Shown: positions 31,153 to 41,636, counted from the stretch's first letter. The stretch is 64,000 nt of DNA from Christensenellaceae bacterium Phil7 (GCA_001940845.1 MSGV01000023.1:338312-402311), one strand, 5' to 3'. The notes: generated by a model from the letters alone, not told the origin. Translations and numbers: made by a program.

Positions 31153-32193
31153 TCAGGCATAATCTTCTTCCATGCTCTGCGTCAAATAACCTCTATCCCA
31201 TTCCACTTCCCGGGTTTTCCCGCTTGCAGCATAAGCCTTAAGACCTTCAATTACTGCTGTATCAGCGTTTGGAGCAACTCTGATATCTAGTGCTGTTCGT
31301 TCAGCAATTCGATCACTGAGACCGTTCAGTTTCGCTCCACCCCCTATGAGGAGTATTCCATTATCAGCTATATCCGCTGCTGCATCGGGCTGCAGCGCTT
31401 TCACACAATCGGTTATCACTTCTACTGCCTCATTTGCTGCAAGATCAACAACTGAATCAAGTTCCTTATGCCCTACGCATATCGTTCTTGGCATACCCGT
31501 ATGGGAATCTCGACCATCAATGATATAATCACTACTTCCCAGACTAAGCTTTATGAGCTCTGCCATACGCTCCCCTATCATCAAATCATACTTGCGCCGC
31601 AAAAGGGTTATTATTGCACGATTTACGCAACGGCTCCCTCCTGCGATCAGGCTTTCCCAAAGCAAACCACCATTCGCTGCAACAGCCGCACCTATAGTTT
31701 CCGCACCAATATTTATTATCATAGATGCATGTTCTTCTGTAATATTTAATCCCGCACCCCTCGCTGCCATCAGCGCAGCATCATGGAAATGAAAGCTTTT
31801 GAACCCTGACAGCTCCATCGTGCGTTCAAGATTTCTGAGCTTCATATTGCCAAGCGCACGCGATATTGCAATATGAAGCTCTATCCTATTTGGATTATGC
31901 CTACCTGAAATATCCATCGTGAGTCTTCGCAGTAATATGGCGAGAAGCCTCGAATTTGCTGGGCATCCTTCCCTCATCGGATAAACGCACTCAGTATGTA
32001 AATCAAGGGCCGCATTTCCTGCAATTACCTGCTCCATATTATGTCCGGCACCACGATGAGCAGCGACACAGCTTTCTTCAATATGAACTTCATCACCTAT
32101 TTTTTTGCCCAATATAGGTATTGTATTTTGGTTACAGATTGCAATCTTGGTTTTGCGCGAACCGATATCCAACGCTATTCCGGTCTTAAACAT
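31153..32193 (-). CDS. divergent actin-fold MreB/Mbl-like protein
   Basis: GGAGGAAAAGT-ATG at 32193. 346 aa. DIGSRKT (phosphate 1), NIGAETI in place of DIGGGTT (phosphate 2), LIGGGAKLNGL (adenosine motif). Confidence 0.65.
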   Translation of the reverse strand: MFKTGIALDIGSRKTKIAICNQNTIPILGKKIGDEVHIEESCVAAHRGAGHNMEQVIAGNAALDLHTECVYPMREGCPANSRLLAILLRRLTMDISGRHNPNRIELHIAISRALGNMKLRNLERTMELSGFKSFHFHDAALMAARGAGLNITEEHASMIINIGAETIGAAVAANGGLLWESLIAGGSRCVNRAIITLLRRKYDLMIGERMAELIKLSLGSSDYIIDGRDSHTGMPRTICVGHKELDSVVDLAANEAVEVITDCVKALQPDAAADIADNGILLIGGGAKLNGLSDRIAERTALDIRVAPNADTAVIEGLKAYAASGKTREVEWDRGYLTQSMEEDYA

Positions 32194-32357
32194 ACTTTTC
32201 CTCCGGGGTACTGTTCTATGGGAGATTTTTCCTCCCATAGAAAGTATTCCCGAACCCGGCTCAAATAAACCATCGGACTGCTGCGAATTCAAAGCATTTG
32301 TGTGTAATTAGAGAAGATTTTGCCGAAATAGGAATTCCTCGCTAAAGCGGTCGGTCA

Positions 32358-33167
32358 TCATCCAATCTGTCTATCGTTTTTCATAGATGTCACAGTATCC
32401 CTGCCATCCTCTATTATTAGCTTATCAGCAACAAGAGCTATAAATTCTCCATTAGTGGGTTTATCATTCTTGCCATAAACGTTAAATCCGAAAAGCTTGT
32501 TGATGTTCTCGATTTTGCCTCGCGTCCAACTAACCTCGATGGCATGACGAATGGCGCGCTCAACCTTGCTTGGCGTCGTATTGAATCGCTTGGCAATTCC
32601 TGGATAGAGTTCCTTCGTTATCTTACTAACCAAATCCGGATTGTAATAAACCATTCGAATAGCTTCACGAAGGTAGTGATAGCCCTTGATATGCGCGGGA
32701 ATTCCAACCGTTAAGAAAATGGTTGTGATCTTCTCATCCAGGCTCTTGCTTGCTGAGCCCTGTAAAATGTTCAGCTCACGATCCCCCGTGCAATTTTCAA
32801 GCAAATCCTTCATTCGCTTATGTAAGAATTCTGGTTCAACAGGTTTCAGCATTACATAGCTCGCACCTTTAGCAAAGGCTCTCTGCAAAAGGCTATCGCT
32901 CCTCATATAAGAAACGACTATCAGAACCGGCGGACGGTTAACGCTGTCAACACGAAGTCGATCCAAAAGATCAAGACCATCAAGCTTGGGCATTACGAGC
33001 TCAGTTATCAGAACATCATAATGTTCCTCACGAAGCTTATCCAACGCTGCTTGTCCATCGGCCGCCTCATCCACACGGATGAGCTCCTTGTCCGTACGGA
33101 AATACTCCGCAGTTCCCTGTCGGAATTGAGAGTTTCCATCCGCGATAAGTACTCGATATTCTGACAT
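32358..33167 (-). CDS. spo0A: sporulation master regulator Spo0A
   Basis: Receiver domain (LIADGN...VMPKLDG) plus the Spo0A-specific C-terminal [34 protein letters not shown]. Confidence 0.95.
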   Translation of the reverse strand: MSEYRVLIADGNSQFRQGTAEYFRTDKELIRVDEAADGQAALDKLREEHYDVLITELVMPKLDGLDLLDRLRVDSVNRPPVLIVVSYMRSDSLLQRAFAKGASYVMLKPVEPEFLHKRMKDLLENCTGDRELNILQGSASKSLDEKITTIFLTVGIPAHIKGYHYLREAIRMVYYNPDLVSKITKELYPGIAKRFNTTPSKVERAIRHAIEVSWTRGKIENINKLFGFNVYGKNDKPTNGEFIALVADKLIIEDGRDTVTSMKNDRQIG

Positions 33168-33353
33168 TAATTTATCCTCCTCAGTGTTTTTTCTTGGATT
33201 TCATGAGAAAATTGTAGCAGTTTTTTCTTCGCATTTCCAGAGCGAATAAGCGGAATATTTCTCGTAAATCTACGAGTTTTGGATAATTCTTCATTGAATT
33301 TAGACTTTGCTTCGATTTTTTGCATGAAAGAGAGAAGCTTGGAACATGCTTTT

Positions 33354-33360
33354 TGTCGAA
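33354..33360 (+). promoter_or_regulatory. 0A-box-like site (TGTCGAA) upstream of spo0A
   Basis: Exact match to the B. subtilis 0A box consensus, 187 bp upstream of the spo0A start. Confidence 0.35.
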
Positions 33361-33513
33361 ATAATTCTATTTTTGTTATACGAAATATTTGATTTTTTGT
33401 TCGCCAATTCTAACAAATGCAATGCGCATTCGGTGAGTCTTTTTTCATAGAAATTGCATTCATGATAGCTCTGCCCCTGGGCGTATAATGCTTCATTCTC
33501 AACATATGCATTA

Positions 33514-33520
33514 TTCGACA
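33514..33520 (-). promoter_or_regulatory. 0A-box-like site (TGTCGAA on reverse strand)
   Basis: TTCGACA on the + strand, 347 bp upstream of the spo0A start. Confidence 0.35.
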
Positions 33521-33681
33521 ATCACAAATCAATGTCCTAAATCAAAAACCACTGACATGTTTCAATTAGATTATTTATACTAGCTAATTGAATTTGCAAT
33601 ATTTTCTCATATGCGCAGTCTTATTGTATATCGTTTTGACAAAAAATAATCACTTCATTCTTTAAAAGTCCTTGAATCTAC

Positions 33682-33710
33682 TTGACTTTAAATGCTCCAT
33701 ACATTATAAT
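33682..33710 (+). promoter_or_regulatory. sigma-A type promoter for tRNA-Leu
   Basis: TTGACT-17 nt-TATAAT, about 30 nt before the tRNA 5' end. Confidence 0.7.
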
Positions 33711-33739
33711 AGAGATGTTGATTTTTATAAGCCCATTAT

Positions 33740-33822
33740 GCAAATGTGGTGGAACGGCATACACAGCGGACTTAAAATCCGCCGGCGAAAGCTTGGGGGT
33801 TCAAATCCCCCCATTTGCACCA
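33740..33822 (+). tRNA. tRNA-Leu (anticodon UAA), encoded CCA
   Basis: GCAAATG acceptor pairs with CATTTGC-A-CCA. Anticodon arm GCGGA-CTTAAAA-TCCGC. Long variable arm. T arm GGGGG-TTCAAAT-CCCCC. Confidence 0.9.
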
Positions 33823-33825
33823 CAA

Positions 33826-33853
33826 AAAAACCTTGTGTTTACAAGGTTTTTTT
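33826..33853 (+). terminator. rho-independent terminator after tRNA-Leu
   Basis: AACCTTGT-gttt-ACAAGGTT followed by TTTTT. Confidence 0.8.
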
Positions 33854-33924
33854 ACTGCTCAAATATTTCCAGTATGCACCTCAGTATGCACTTTAAAAAT
33901 TTTTATGCATTCCCATTATCGAGC

Positions 33925-34221
33925 TTATAAGATGCCTCCTCCCGAAGTATTATCGGATACATTTTTTAAAAATGATCTTTCATTTATTTCTGCGGCTATT
34001 GCCAGCGACTGTCCAGCTTCGTGGTCGTACACAGCATCTCCGTTAAACTTTGCCGAATGCCCAAACAACATTTTCTTATATGCGGTAGGCATATCTTTGT
34101 TTATAGAGTAATTTGTATGCCTTAGTTCGTATAAAGATACTGGAGTTATATTGTTTGTATCGCAATAACGCTTCCATGTGGTGGACAGGATATTGGCTTT
34201 GCTATGCCGGTTATTTTTACT
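33925..34221 (-). pseudogene. tyrosine recombinase (phage-type integrase), C-terminal remnant only
   Basis: Open frame without a start: ...ILSTTWKRYCDTNNITPVSLYELRHTNYSINKDMPTAYKKMLFGHSAKFNGDAVYDHEAGQSL...GGGIL*. It carries the box II pattern LRHT...GHS...Y-x-H. The catalytic N-terminal half is absent. Confidence 0.6.
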
Positions 34222-34923
34222 TCAGAGGACGGCAAGTGCTTTCTCATGGAGTTTTGCGTCTATCCAGAGTTCCGTGGAAATGGTATAGGTACTGTGTGTG
34301 CCAAAGCGCTTTTGCATTGGGCAAAAGTGAACGGTGCAAGGTACGCAGAACTGAACTACGGCAGCGATGCTCGCCGTCGGCGCTTTTGGCAGCGGCTTGG
34401 TTTTGTCGAAAACGGCGCTGACGAATGGGGCGAGCCGCTGATGCTTCTTCCCCCGGCAGAAGATGTTCCCATTGTAACCGAAGTTCTTGCCGATCCAGAG
34501 GACTGGCAACTCAAAAAGCTAGAGAACGGTTTTTTGAAGGCAATTGGAGAACAATCGCTTACAGAAGAACAACAGACACAACTTTCCCAAGCAATCAGGG
34601 ATGGAAGAATTACATTTTTCTTTGCTAAACGTGGCTATAGGGCAGTTGGAATGTGCAGCGTTGTCAAGCACTTCTCCACCTTCTCCTGTGCGGACGTAGG
34701 CATATTTGAGAACTTTTATGTGGAGCCGGTGTTCCGGGGGAAGGGTATTGCCAGATTGCTTGCCCAAGCTGCGCAGAACTGGAGCTATGAACAAGGGCTT
34801 TCCAGTTTGACCGTTTGCTGTGCTCCTTGCGATGAACAAATGTATCAAGCCCTTGGCTTTGATGCCCCACTTGGAAAAACATATGCCAAGATAAACAATT
34901 TTATGGAAAAATCTGAAACATAA
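34204..34923 (+). CDS. tandem GNAT N-acetyltransferase; first domain apparently N-terminally truncated
   Basis: The first domain starts inside the motif A region (FCVYPEFRGNGIGTVCAKALL). The second GNAT domain is complete (FYVEPVFRGKGIARLL). The in-frame upstream stop is at 34132. Confidence 0.65.
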   Translation: MPVIFTSEDGKCFLMEFCVYPEFRGNGIGTVCAKALLHWAKVNGARYAELNYGSDARRRRFWQRLGFVENGADEWGEPLMLLPPAEDVPIVTEVLADPEDWQLKKLENGFLKAIGEQSLTEEQQTQLSQAIRDGRITFFFAKRGYRAVGMCSVVKHFSTFSCADVGIFENFYVEPVFRGKGIARLLAQAAQNWSYEQGLSSLTVCCAPCDEQMYQALGFDAPLGKTYAKINNFMEKSET

Positions 34924-34929
34924 TCTACG

Positions 34930-34959
34930 GGCGGTTAAGCATTTTGGGGCTTAACCGCC
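34930..34959 (+). terminator. hairpin after the GNAT gene
   Basis: GGCGGTTAAG-cattttgggg-CTTAACCGCC. Two further hairpins follow within 150 bp. Confidence 0.5.
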
Positions 34960-35182
34960 TTGTCTGCCGTAAAGCAAAACAGGCAGGGGCTGCTGCCCTT
35001 GTCTGTGTTTTATGGTTTACTTCTTTATTCCCCATGAGCATTCCTTGTCGAAATGCCATGGGGTTTTTAACTCTTAATCGGCTCTTTAAAAGTATATTTT
35101 TATAGTCCATACCCCAAGCGTGGAACAAGCAAGATCAGTTGATTTTTTTGAGCCAACTGACCTGTTACTATTTGCAGCATAT

Positions 35183-35710
35183 CTACACTTTATTCCCCTG
35201 TTGCTCCCACTCTTCTCTAAGCAGGCCATAGTAATATAGGTCTGACCAATTACCAAAGTTATCCAAGGTGTGGCTCCGCTGAATACCCTCTTGGATCATG
35301 CCTAGCTTCTTCATAAGACCTACGGATTTGATACCGTCAATAGCTTCTGCAAATACCTTGTGTGCATTAAGCTCTCGGAATGCAAAGTCAATAACGGCTT
35401 TGCATGATTCGTGTGCGTATCCCTGTCTCCAGTAGCTGCGATTGAAAATCCACCCCATCTCATAAACTCCGGGGGCAGAATCACAGAACAGGATATATCC
35501 AATCATCTTCTGCGAATGCTTTTGGGTTACGGCCACAGCACCATGCCGACCAATACAGAAAGACTCCAGAAAAGCCTTTGTCTTTTCAAAATCGTAGACC
35601 GGTTCGCAATTCTTCATGGTTTCACCATCCCCGAAAATAGCTTGGAGATCCTTAGCATCCTCTAAGGTAAAGTCCCTGATGATTAACCGATTTGTTTCAA
35701 GTTGTCTCAT
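35183..35710 (-). CDS. GNAT family N-acetyltransferase (RimJ/RimL-like)
   Basis: 175 aa. MRQLETNRLIIRDFTLEDAKDL N-terminus; WRQGYAHES motif. Confidence 0.85.
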   Translation of the reverse strand: MRQLETNRLIIRDFTLEDAKDLQAIFGDGETMKNCEPVYDFEKTKAFLESFCIGRHGAVAVTQKHSQKMIGYILFCDSAPGVYEMGWIFNRSYWRQGYAHESCKAVIDFAFRELNAHKVFAEAIDGIKSVGLMKKLGMIQEGIQRSHTLDNFGNWSDLYYYGLLREEWEQQGNKV

Positions 35711-35881
35711 ATTGTAATTATCTCATTTCCAGATGAAAATCCAGATTCAAAATGAATCCTCATGATTTTCAAAGCATATAGCTGCAGCCTCATTTGAAAA
35801 TTTACTCGGATTCTACAAAAAAATAATGAAGTAACAAGACTTTTGTGCCATCGCAGAGGATTTATACGCCACATAACGCAG

Positions 35882-36598
35882 TTAAAATTCTGCGTAATGC
35901 TTGTTATATGGACATCTGCTGCCAATGCACTGTTTATTCCTATTAAAAAATTGGCATTGAATATTGGATTTCTTCATTGCAACTCCAAGATGCTCTCGGC
36001 AAAAGTATATAGCTTGTTCAATAGCTAGGAATGAATCGCGTTTACAGCATCTGGCCCCTCCAACCTCTCCTATAGCTTTCAATGAAGCGGAGGTCATCCT
36101 ATTTGCAAGTCCCCACTCATCGATCGAAAGCGGTGTTGATCCGGTAATAATGCTTATAAATATTCCGCTGCTCACCGCTGCACCGCAGCAGCCCCAAAAG
36201 CCACATACTCCGCCCGGAACTTGTGAACCCCTTTTCCTCAGCTCTTCAAATGCCCCGGTAAGCTCAATCTTTCCGCCTGCATTATAAAAAGCCGCAAGAA
36301 GCGCTGCACCGACCAGAACATGATGTTCATTTCCATGCATATGAACGTACGGATCATTCATCATATGTACAGCGATTTCCAATGGATCTGTAGAGTTTGA
36401 AGTCAAACAGATCTCGCGGATTCGTTCAATAGCCTGTTTTCCATGGCATGAATCACAAACATAATGGCCATGAACACAACTTGCATTGCTATTATATTTT
36501 TTGTGACAAAATTCACATTCCATATCAATGCCATGTTTCAAATAATTTAATTCTTCGCCGCATATAAGGCAGGCTTTTTTAGTATCACCCATACTCAA
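35882..36598 (-). CDS. Cys-rich metal-binding protein (DUF5714-like by recall)
   Basis: 238 aa. N-terminal CLICGE...CEFCHKK...CVHGHYVCDSCH zinc-ribbon-like cluster, plus GGVCGFWGCCGAA and a C-terminal CQFFNRNKQCIGSRC. Confidence 0.5.
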   Translation of the reverse strand: MSMGDTKKACLICGEELNYLKHGIDMECEFCHKKYNSNASCVHGHYVCDSCHGKQAIERIREICLTSNSTDPLEIAVHMMNDPYVHMHGNEHHVLVGAALLAAFYNAGGKIELTGAFEELRKRGSQVPGGVCGFWGCCGAAVSSGIFISIITGSTPLSIDEWGLANRMTSASLKAIGEVGGARCCKRDSFLAIEQAIYFCREHLGVAMKKSNIQCQFFNRNKQCIGSRCPYNKHYAEF

Positions 36599-36830
36599 CT
36601 CCTTATATATTTAGTTTCCCCAACTCAACATAATATTTCTTCAATTCATCTGTTGATGACCTCATTTTGAATCATAGAAACCAAGTACATAATACGTATG
36701 CTTTCGGAATTTGTCAAGCCTCCAATGCGTTTATTGCTTCTATTATGATATTTTAAGACGTGTCCCGAATTATTTGCTTCTGCACCTCATATAGATTGGT
36801 ATCGGAAATTACTTATGAAGGAGTAAAAAC

Positions 36831-37757
36831 ATGGAATACAGGCGCAGACGCAGGAGGCGTAGGACGAACCATCGAGGAAGTTATGGAAATTATACATCGG
36901 ATCGCAGAGGAAGAAGTGATGAGGGTACAGGATTTGGCGGAGCATTGCTTATTCTGCTTCTGACTGCCGGACTAATTTACCTTTTGTTGGGCACTTCGAT
37001 AGGGACGTGGATAGCTCAAAACGTATTTACATCCTGCGGAGATAAGGATACACCTGCTCCAACCCACCAGGCCAGTGACGATCCGCAGAACACAGATAAT
37101 ATTGATGAAATAACCAGCAAAGATATGACTTTTTCTGGATTAGAAGTATTTACGCTTCAAATGGGAGTCTACTCCGAAGCCAATATTGCCAATGGACTCA
37201 TTGCTTCGCTTAAGACCCTTGGTGCTGCCGGCTATGTGCTTGATACTGGAAATGGATATAGAGTGCTTGCTTCGTGTTACGATACCGAAGCCGCTGCAAA
37301 GAGTGTCTGTGAGCGATTGAAGAATCAAGATTACGAATGTGTGGTTTACCCCCTAACCGTCGATGAAATAAAAATAGGTGTATCCTGCGACAAAACCAGG
37401 ATGGAAGCCATTCATACTGCAGTAAACTATTCATACACAGTGATAAGCGATCTATCCAAAGAAGTCCTTGCTTTCGATTCAGAGGAGCGCAGCGTTGAAT
37501 ATGGTCACGCCATTGGCAACGAAATGCTAACGAATGTCAAGAATATTCGTACTTCAATCTCTGACGCATCCGATCCAAGCGGTCTCATTTCTCTGTTGGA
37601 TGAATATTATATGAACCTGCAAAGTATGCTCACCACTTTTATTTCGTCGAGTAGTGATAACAGAGTTGAAGTCAGCGGAATGCTTAAGTATCTACAGCTG
37701 GATGCGGTATGCAATTATATCAACATGATGAATAAAATCAGTGAACTGAGCAAATAG
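36831..37757 (+). CDS. membrane-anchored SPOR-like domain protein
   Basis: GAAGGAG RBS. N-terminal Arg8 run, one TM segment (ALLILLLTAGLIYLLLG), then FTLQMGVYSEANIANGLIASLKTLGAAGYV...GYRVLASCY, which resembles a SPOR domain. Confidence 0.55.
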   Translation: MEYRRRRRRRRTNHRGSYGNYTSDRRGRSDEGTGFGGALLILLLTAGLIYLLLGTSIGTWIAQNVFTSCGDKDTPAPTHQASDDPQNTDNIDEITSKDMTFSGLEVFTLQMGVYSEANIANGLIASLKTLGAAGYVLDTGNGYRVLASCYDTEAAAKSVCERLKNQDYECVVYPLTVDEIKIGVSCDKTRMEAIHTAVNYSYTVISDLSKEVLAFDSEERSVEYGHAIGNEMLTNVKNIRTSISDASDPSGLISLLDEYYMNLQSMLTTFISSSSDNRVEVSGMLKYLQLDAVCNYINMMNKISELSK

Positions 37758-37763
37758 CAATAA

Positions 37764-37803
37764 GACCCCATTGGTAAGTAAATCGAGTCTTTCCAATGGG
37801 GCT
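37764..37803. terminator. bidirectional hairpin between convergent genes
   Basis: CCCCATTGG-18 nt-CCAATGGGG. Confidence 0.6.
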
Positions 37804-37814
37804 TAATATTGAAT

Positions 37815-38786
37815 TTATAGATGCTTGGCCTCCAGATATGATGCGATTTCGTCCGCATCCGAACTACCTAGACTCTTTAGCGCTTTTGACATAATCTGCG
37901 GAATGAATCTTATTCCAACAAGTGATGGCGCAATTCTATCGCAAAGCTCGGTATCCAGGCAATCCGAATATAGCTTTACATCACGTATCAATCCATCACG
38001 AAGACTGAAATGCAGCTGCATCTCTCCAAAGCTGAATCGGTTATCCAGTATATAATCAAACTGCGGAGTTTTACCCATTCTCCAATCCCAGGATTTCTGC
38101 TCATTATAACGCTTTTCGATATCTGCCAATGAGGAGCCAATAAATCTATATTCGATGGCTACACCATATTCCTGCACGAAGCTATCGGTGATCGCCTTCC
38201 GAACCATTTCAATATTCACTCCGGGCTTGAAATCTTGAAGGTTGCCAACTCGAGAGCGAACAGAGCCGATGCCCTTGGCATTTATTTTTGCCGAAGAAAC
38301 ATTCAGATATCCGGCAAGCTTATCCAGATCGGTATTCACCAGTATCGTACCATGGTGAGCTCTATTGCCCTTTGAAAGACCAAATGCATTTCCTGAGAAC
38401 TTTTTTCCGTCAATCAATAAATCATTTCTTCCGGATAGCTCTGCATCCAGCCCCAGTCTTGCCATTGCATCAATTATTACATTAAACTGTCTTGTTTGAT
38501 CGTAGTCCGATTCGTGCATTATAAAAGAGAAATTCAGATTACCGGTATCATGATACACTGCTCCGCCGCCCGTGTGTCTGCGAACTAGCTGTACCGAATC
38601 CGATTCCATGCTTTCAAGATTGCATTCCTTCCAAGCATTTTGATTCCTGCCGATAATCACGGCATTGGTATTGACATAAAAGTAAAGAATTATATCGCCC
38701 TTCTTAACACTATCCAAAAAAAAGCCATCTCTTGCAAGATTCATCCAACCATCCCCGGTTGGTGCAATATAGATAAAGTTGCTCAT
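37815..38786 (-). CDS. lplA: lipoate--protein ligase
   Basis: Start at MSNFIYIAP. RRHTGGGAVYHDTGNLNFSFI and GKKFSGNAF motifs. Confidence 0.85.
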   Translation of the reverse strand: MSNFIYIAPTGDGWMNLARDGFFLDSVKKGDIILYFYVNTNAVIIGRNQNAWKECNLESMESDSVQLVRRHTGGGAVYHDTGNLNFSFIMHESDYDQTRQFNVIIDAMARLGLDAELSGRNDLLIDGKKFSGNAFGLSKGNRAHHGTILVNTDLDKLAGYLNVSSAKINAKGIGSVRSRVGNLQDFKPGVNIEMVRKAITDSFVQEYGVAIEYRFIGSSLADIEKRYNEQKSWDWRMGKTPQFDYILDNRFSFGEMQLHFSLRDGLIRDVKLYSDCLDTELCDRIAPSLVGIRFIPQIMSKALKSLGSSDADEIASYLEAKHL

Positions 38787-38916
38787 ATCTCCCCATCCTT
38801 TCGACTGCACATCAATCGATGCCTCGAGCTTATAATTATACACATAAGATGGCATTTTTCAACACAATAAAGCAATAACCAACAGTTATATTATTAAATC
38901 AAATTTGCTGATAATA

Positions 38917-38952
38917 TGAATAAACTCGGCACATGAAACACCATATGCCGAG
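38917..38952 (-). terminator. rho-independent terminator after gap
   Basis: Reverse strand: CTCGGCATATG-gtgttt-CATGTGCCGAG followed by TTTATT. Confidence 0.65.
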
Positions 38953-38975
38953 CGAGAGAATGAACTTAATTCTTA

Positions 38976-40022
<1,047 letters not shown>

Positions 40023-40109
40023 CTAAGGATTTTTATTTGCTTATCAATTTGTATTATAACCCATAATTGGGAAAAAACAACTATATAATTCAGGATATTT
40101 ACTCGGACT

Positions 40110-40146
40110 AATCATCGAAATAAATCTATTCTTTATTTCGATGATT
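40110..40146 (-). terminator. 15-bp hairpin after the GT2 gene
   Basis: AATCATCGAAATAAA-tctattc-TTTATTTCGATGATT. No clear U-tract on the reverse strand. Confidence 0.5.
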
Positions 40147-40165
40147 TTCGCATACTGCCCCCAAA

Positions 40166-41095
40166 TCAGTCGAGATTCAGATCCTCCGCAACGATATAGA
40201 GCGGACGGGCTTTAAGCTCATCATACATGCGATTCATGTATGAGCCCTGTATTCCAAGGAATAGGAATGTCATTGCCTGAAGAATAACCATTCCATCGAT
40301 CGCCCAAAGCCATGCAGGGAAGCTAACAGCGCAGCAAGCGAGTATTATCAGTGTGATAAGACCTAAACCGCCTATACCAAGCGTCAAAGCACCAAATCCA
40401 CCACACAGAGTAAGAGGTCTATCGCTGAATCCAATAATTCCATCCATAGCAAGGCGCAGCATCTTCTTGAGGGTGTATTTTGTTTTTCCTGCATAACGCT
40501 CATTGCGAACATATTCAACCGGAACAGCTTCAAAGCCCATCCAACCGCTCATCCCGCGCAGAAATCTGTTATGCTCACGCATTTTCAGAAATATATCCGC
40601 AACTTTGCGATCTATCAGGCGGAAATCACCCGTATCCAGCGGTATGGCATTTGCGCTCATCGCTTTCAGCATCCGGTAGTAACAGAAAGCTGTAAACTTT
40701 TTGAATATCGTCTCACCCTTTCGCTTGAGTCTCTTGCCATATGCGATATCCGCGCCATTCTCCCAAGCTTTGACCATATCCTCGATGACTTCAGGAGGAT
40801 CTTGAAGATCAACATCTATGATTATCAGAGCATCGCCTTTTGCCGCATCCATACCGCATGTTACAGCAGTTTGATGACCAAAATTCCTGCTGAAGGATCG
40901 TACCTTGACCTGAGGATTTTTATTCGCAATCTTGCGAAGGATCGACATTGAGCCATCGCGGCTGCCATCGTTGACATAGATTATCTCATAGGGATACCCT
41001 ATCTTTTTCATTTCTGCATCCATCTTTTCGAAGGATATCTGAAGCACTTCCTCCTCATTATAAACGGGAACGATCAATGAAAGCATCTTATCCAT
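40166..41095 (-). CDS. family 2 glycosyltransferase (polyprenol-phosphate sugar transferase, GtrB/ArnC-like)
   Basis: AAGGAGGAAGCT-ATG. LIVPVYNEEEVL, NDGSRDGS, DVDLQDPP (DxD). Two C-terminal TM helices. Confidence 0.85.
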   Translation of the reverse strand: MDKMLSLIVPVYNEEEVLQISFEKMDAEMKKIGYPYEIIYVNDGSRDGSMSILRKIANKNPQVKVRSFSRNFGHQTAVTCGMDAAKGDALIIIDVDLQDPPEVIEDMVKAWENGADIAYGKRLKRKGETIFKKFTAFCYYRMLKAMSANAIPLDTGDFRLIDRKVADIFLKMREHNRFLRGMSGWMGFEAVPVEYVRNERYAGKTKYTLKKMLRLAMDGIIGFSDRPLTLCGGFGALTLGIGGLGLITLIILACCAVSFPAWLWAIDGMVILQAMTFLFLGIQGSYMNRMYDELKARPLYIVAEDLNLD

Positions 41096-41590
41096 AGCTT
41101 CCTCCTTTGTTTTATGAAGATACAGAGCGGACTGCAAAAGTCTTGATATCTTCTCTTTTACCCATTATATCCCATCACAGCGATCTGTTCAAGCTTTATT
41201 TTTAAATACATTTACCTGATTCAGCTTGAAATCAATTGAATGGAAACTTTCTGACCACAGCATTCCCCAAAACCGATTGAAAAAACCATTGATACTGCTT
41301 GAAAAACAGGGAGAAGTGACATATATTTTAGCGAAGATTAACAGTGTTTGGCAAGAAAATTATTACGTTAATAGGTTTATTGGTGGTGTACAAAATCGCA
41401 GCGCTAACAGAATATAACTGAAAAGATAGATGAAAGAGTCTGGTTAAGCGGAATAGTTGCAATCGCATTTGCTGCTATATGGGCGATACTGTCTTTAGCA
41501 AATGCAACACCATCCTGAATCACACAAGGGCCGGTTTATGCTCTATGCAAACCGATACCGAAACCCCTTGCTATGACGATGCCTTTTAAA

Positions 41591-41636
41591 GATAAAATAA
41601 CAAACCGACAGTTGATAATTGCATCAACTGTCGGTT
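41591..41636 (-). terminator. rho-independent terminator after the methyltransferase gene
   Basis: Reverse strand: AACCGACAGTTGAT-gcaatt-ATCAACTGTCGGTT followed by TGTTATTTTATC. Confidence 0.75.

Noticed and set aside
33300-33521. 73-aa reverse-strand ORF in the spo0A upstream region
   Set aside because: No RBS, AT-rich low-complexity translation, and it sits in a probable regulatory region containing the 0A boxes.
33672-33930. ORFs of 74 and 82 aa on the + strand
   Set aside because: They run through the tRNA-Leu gene and its terminator. Likewise, the N-terminal parts of 51473-52084 and 42464-42934 run through tRNA-Glu and the tRNA-Val terminator respectively, so those starts were moved.
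41226-41417. 63-aa + strand ORF with a TTG start
   Set aside because: No Shine-Dalgarno sequence, a non-ATG start and no recognisable motif. It lies in the decayed gap described in the findings.
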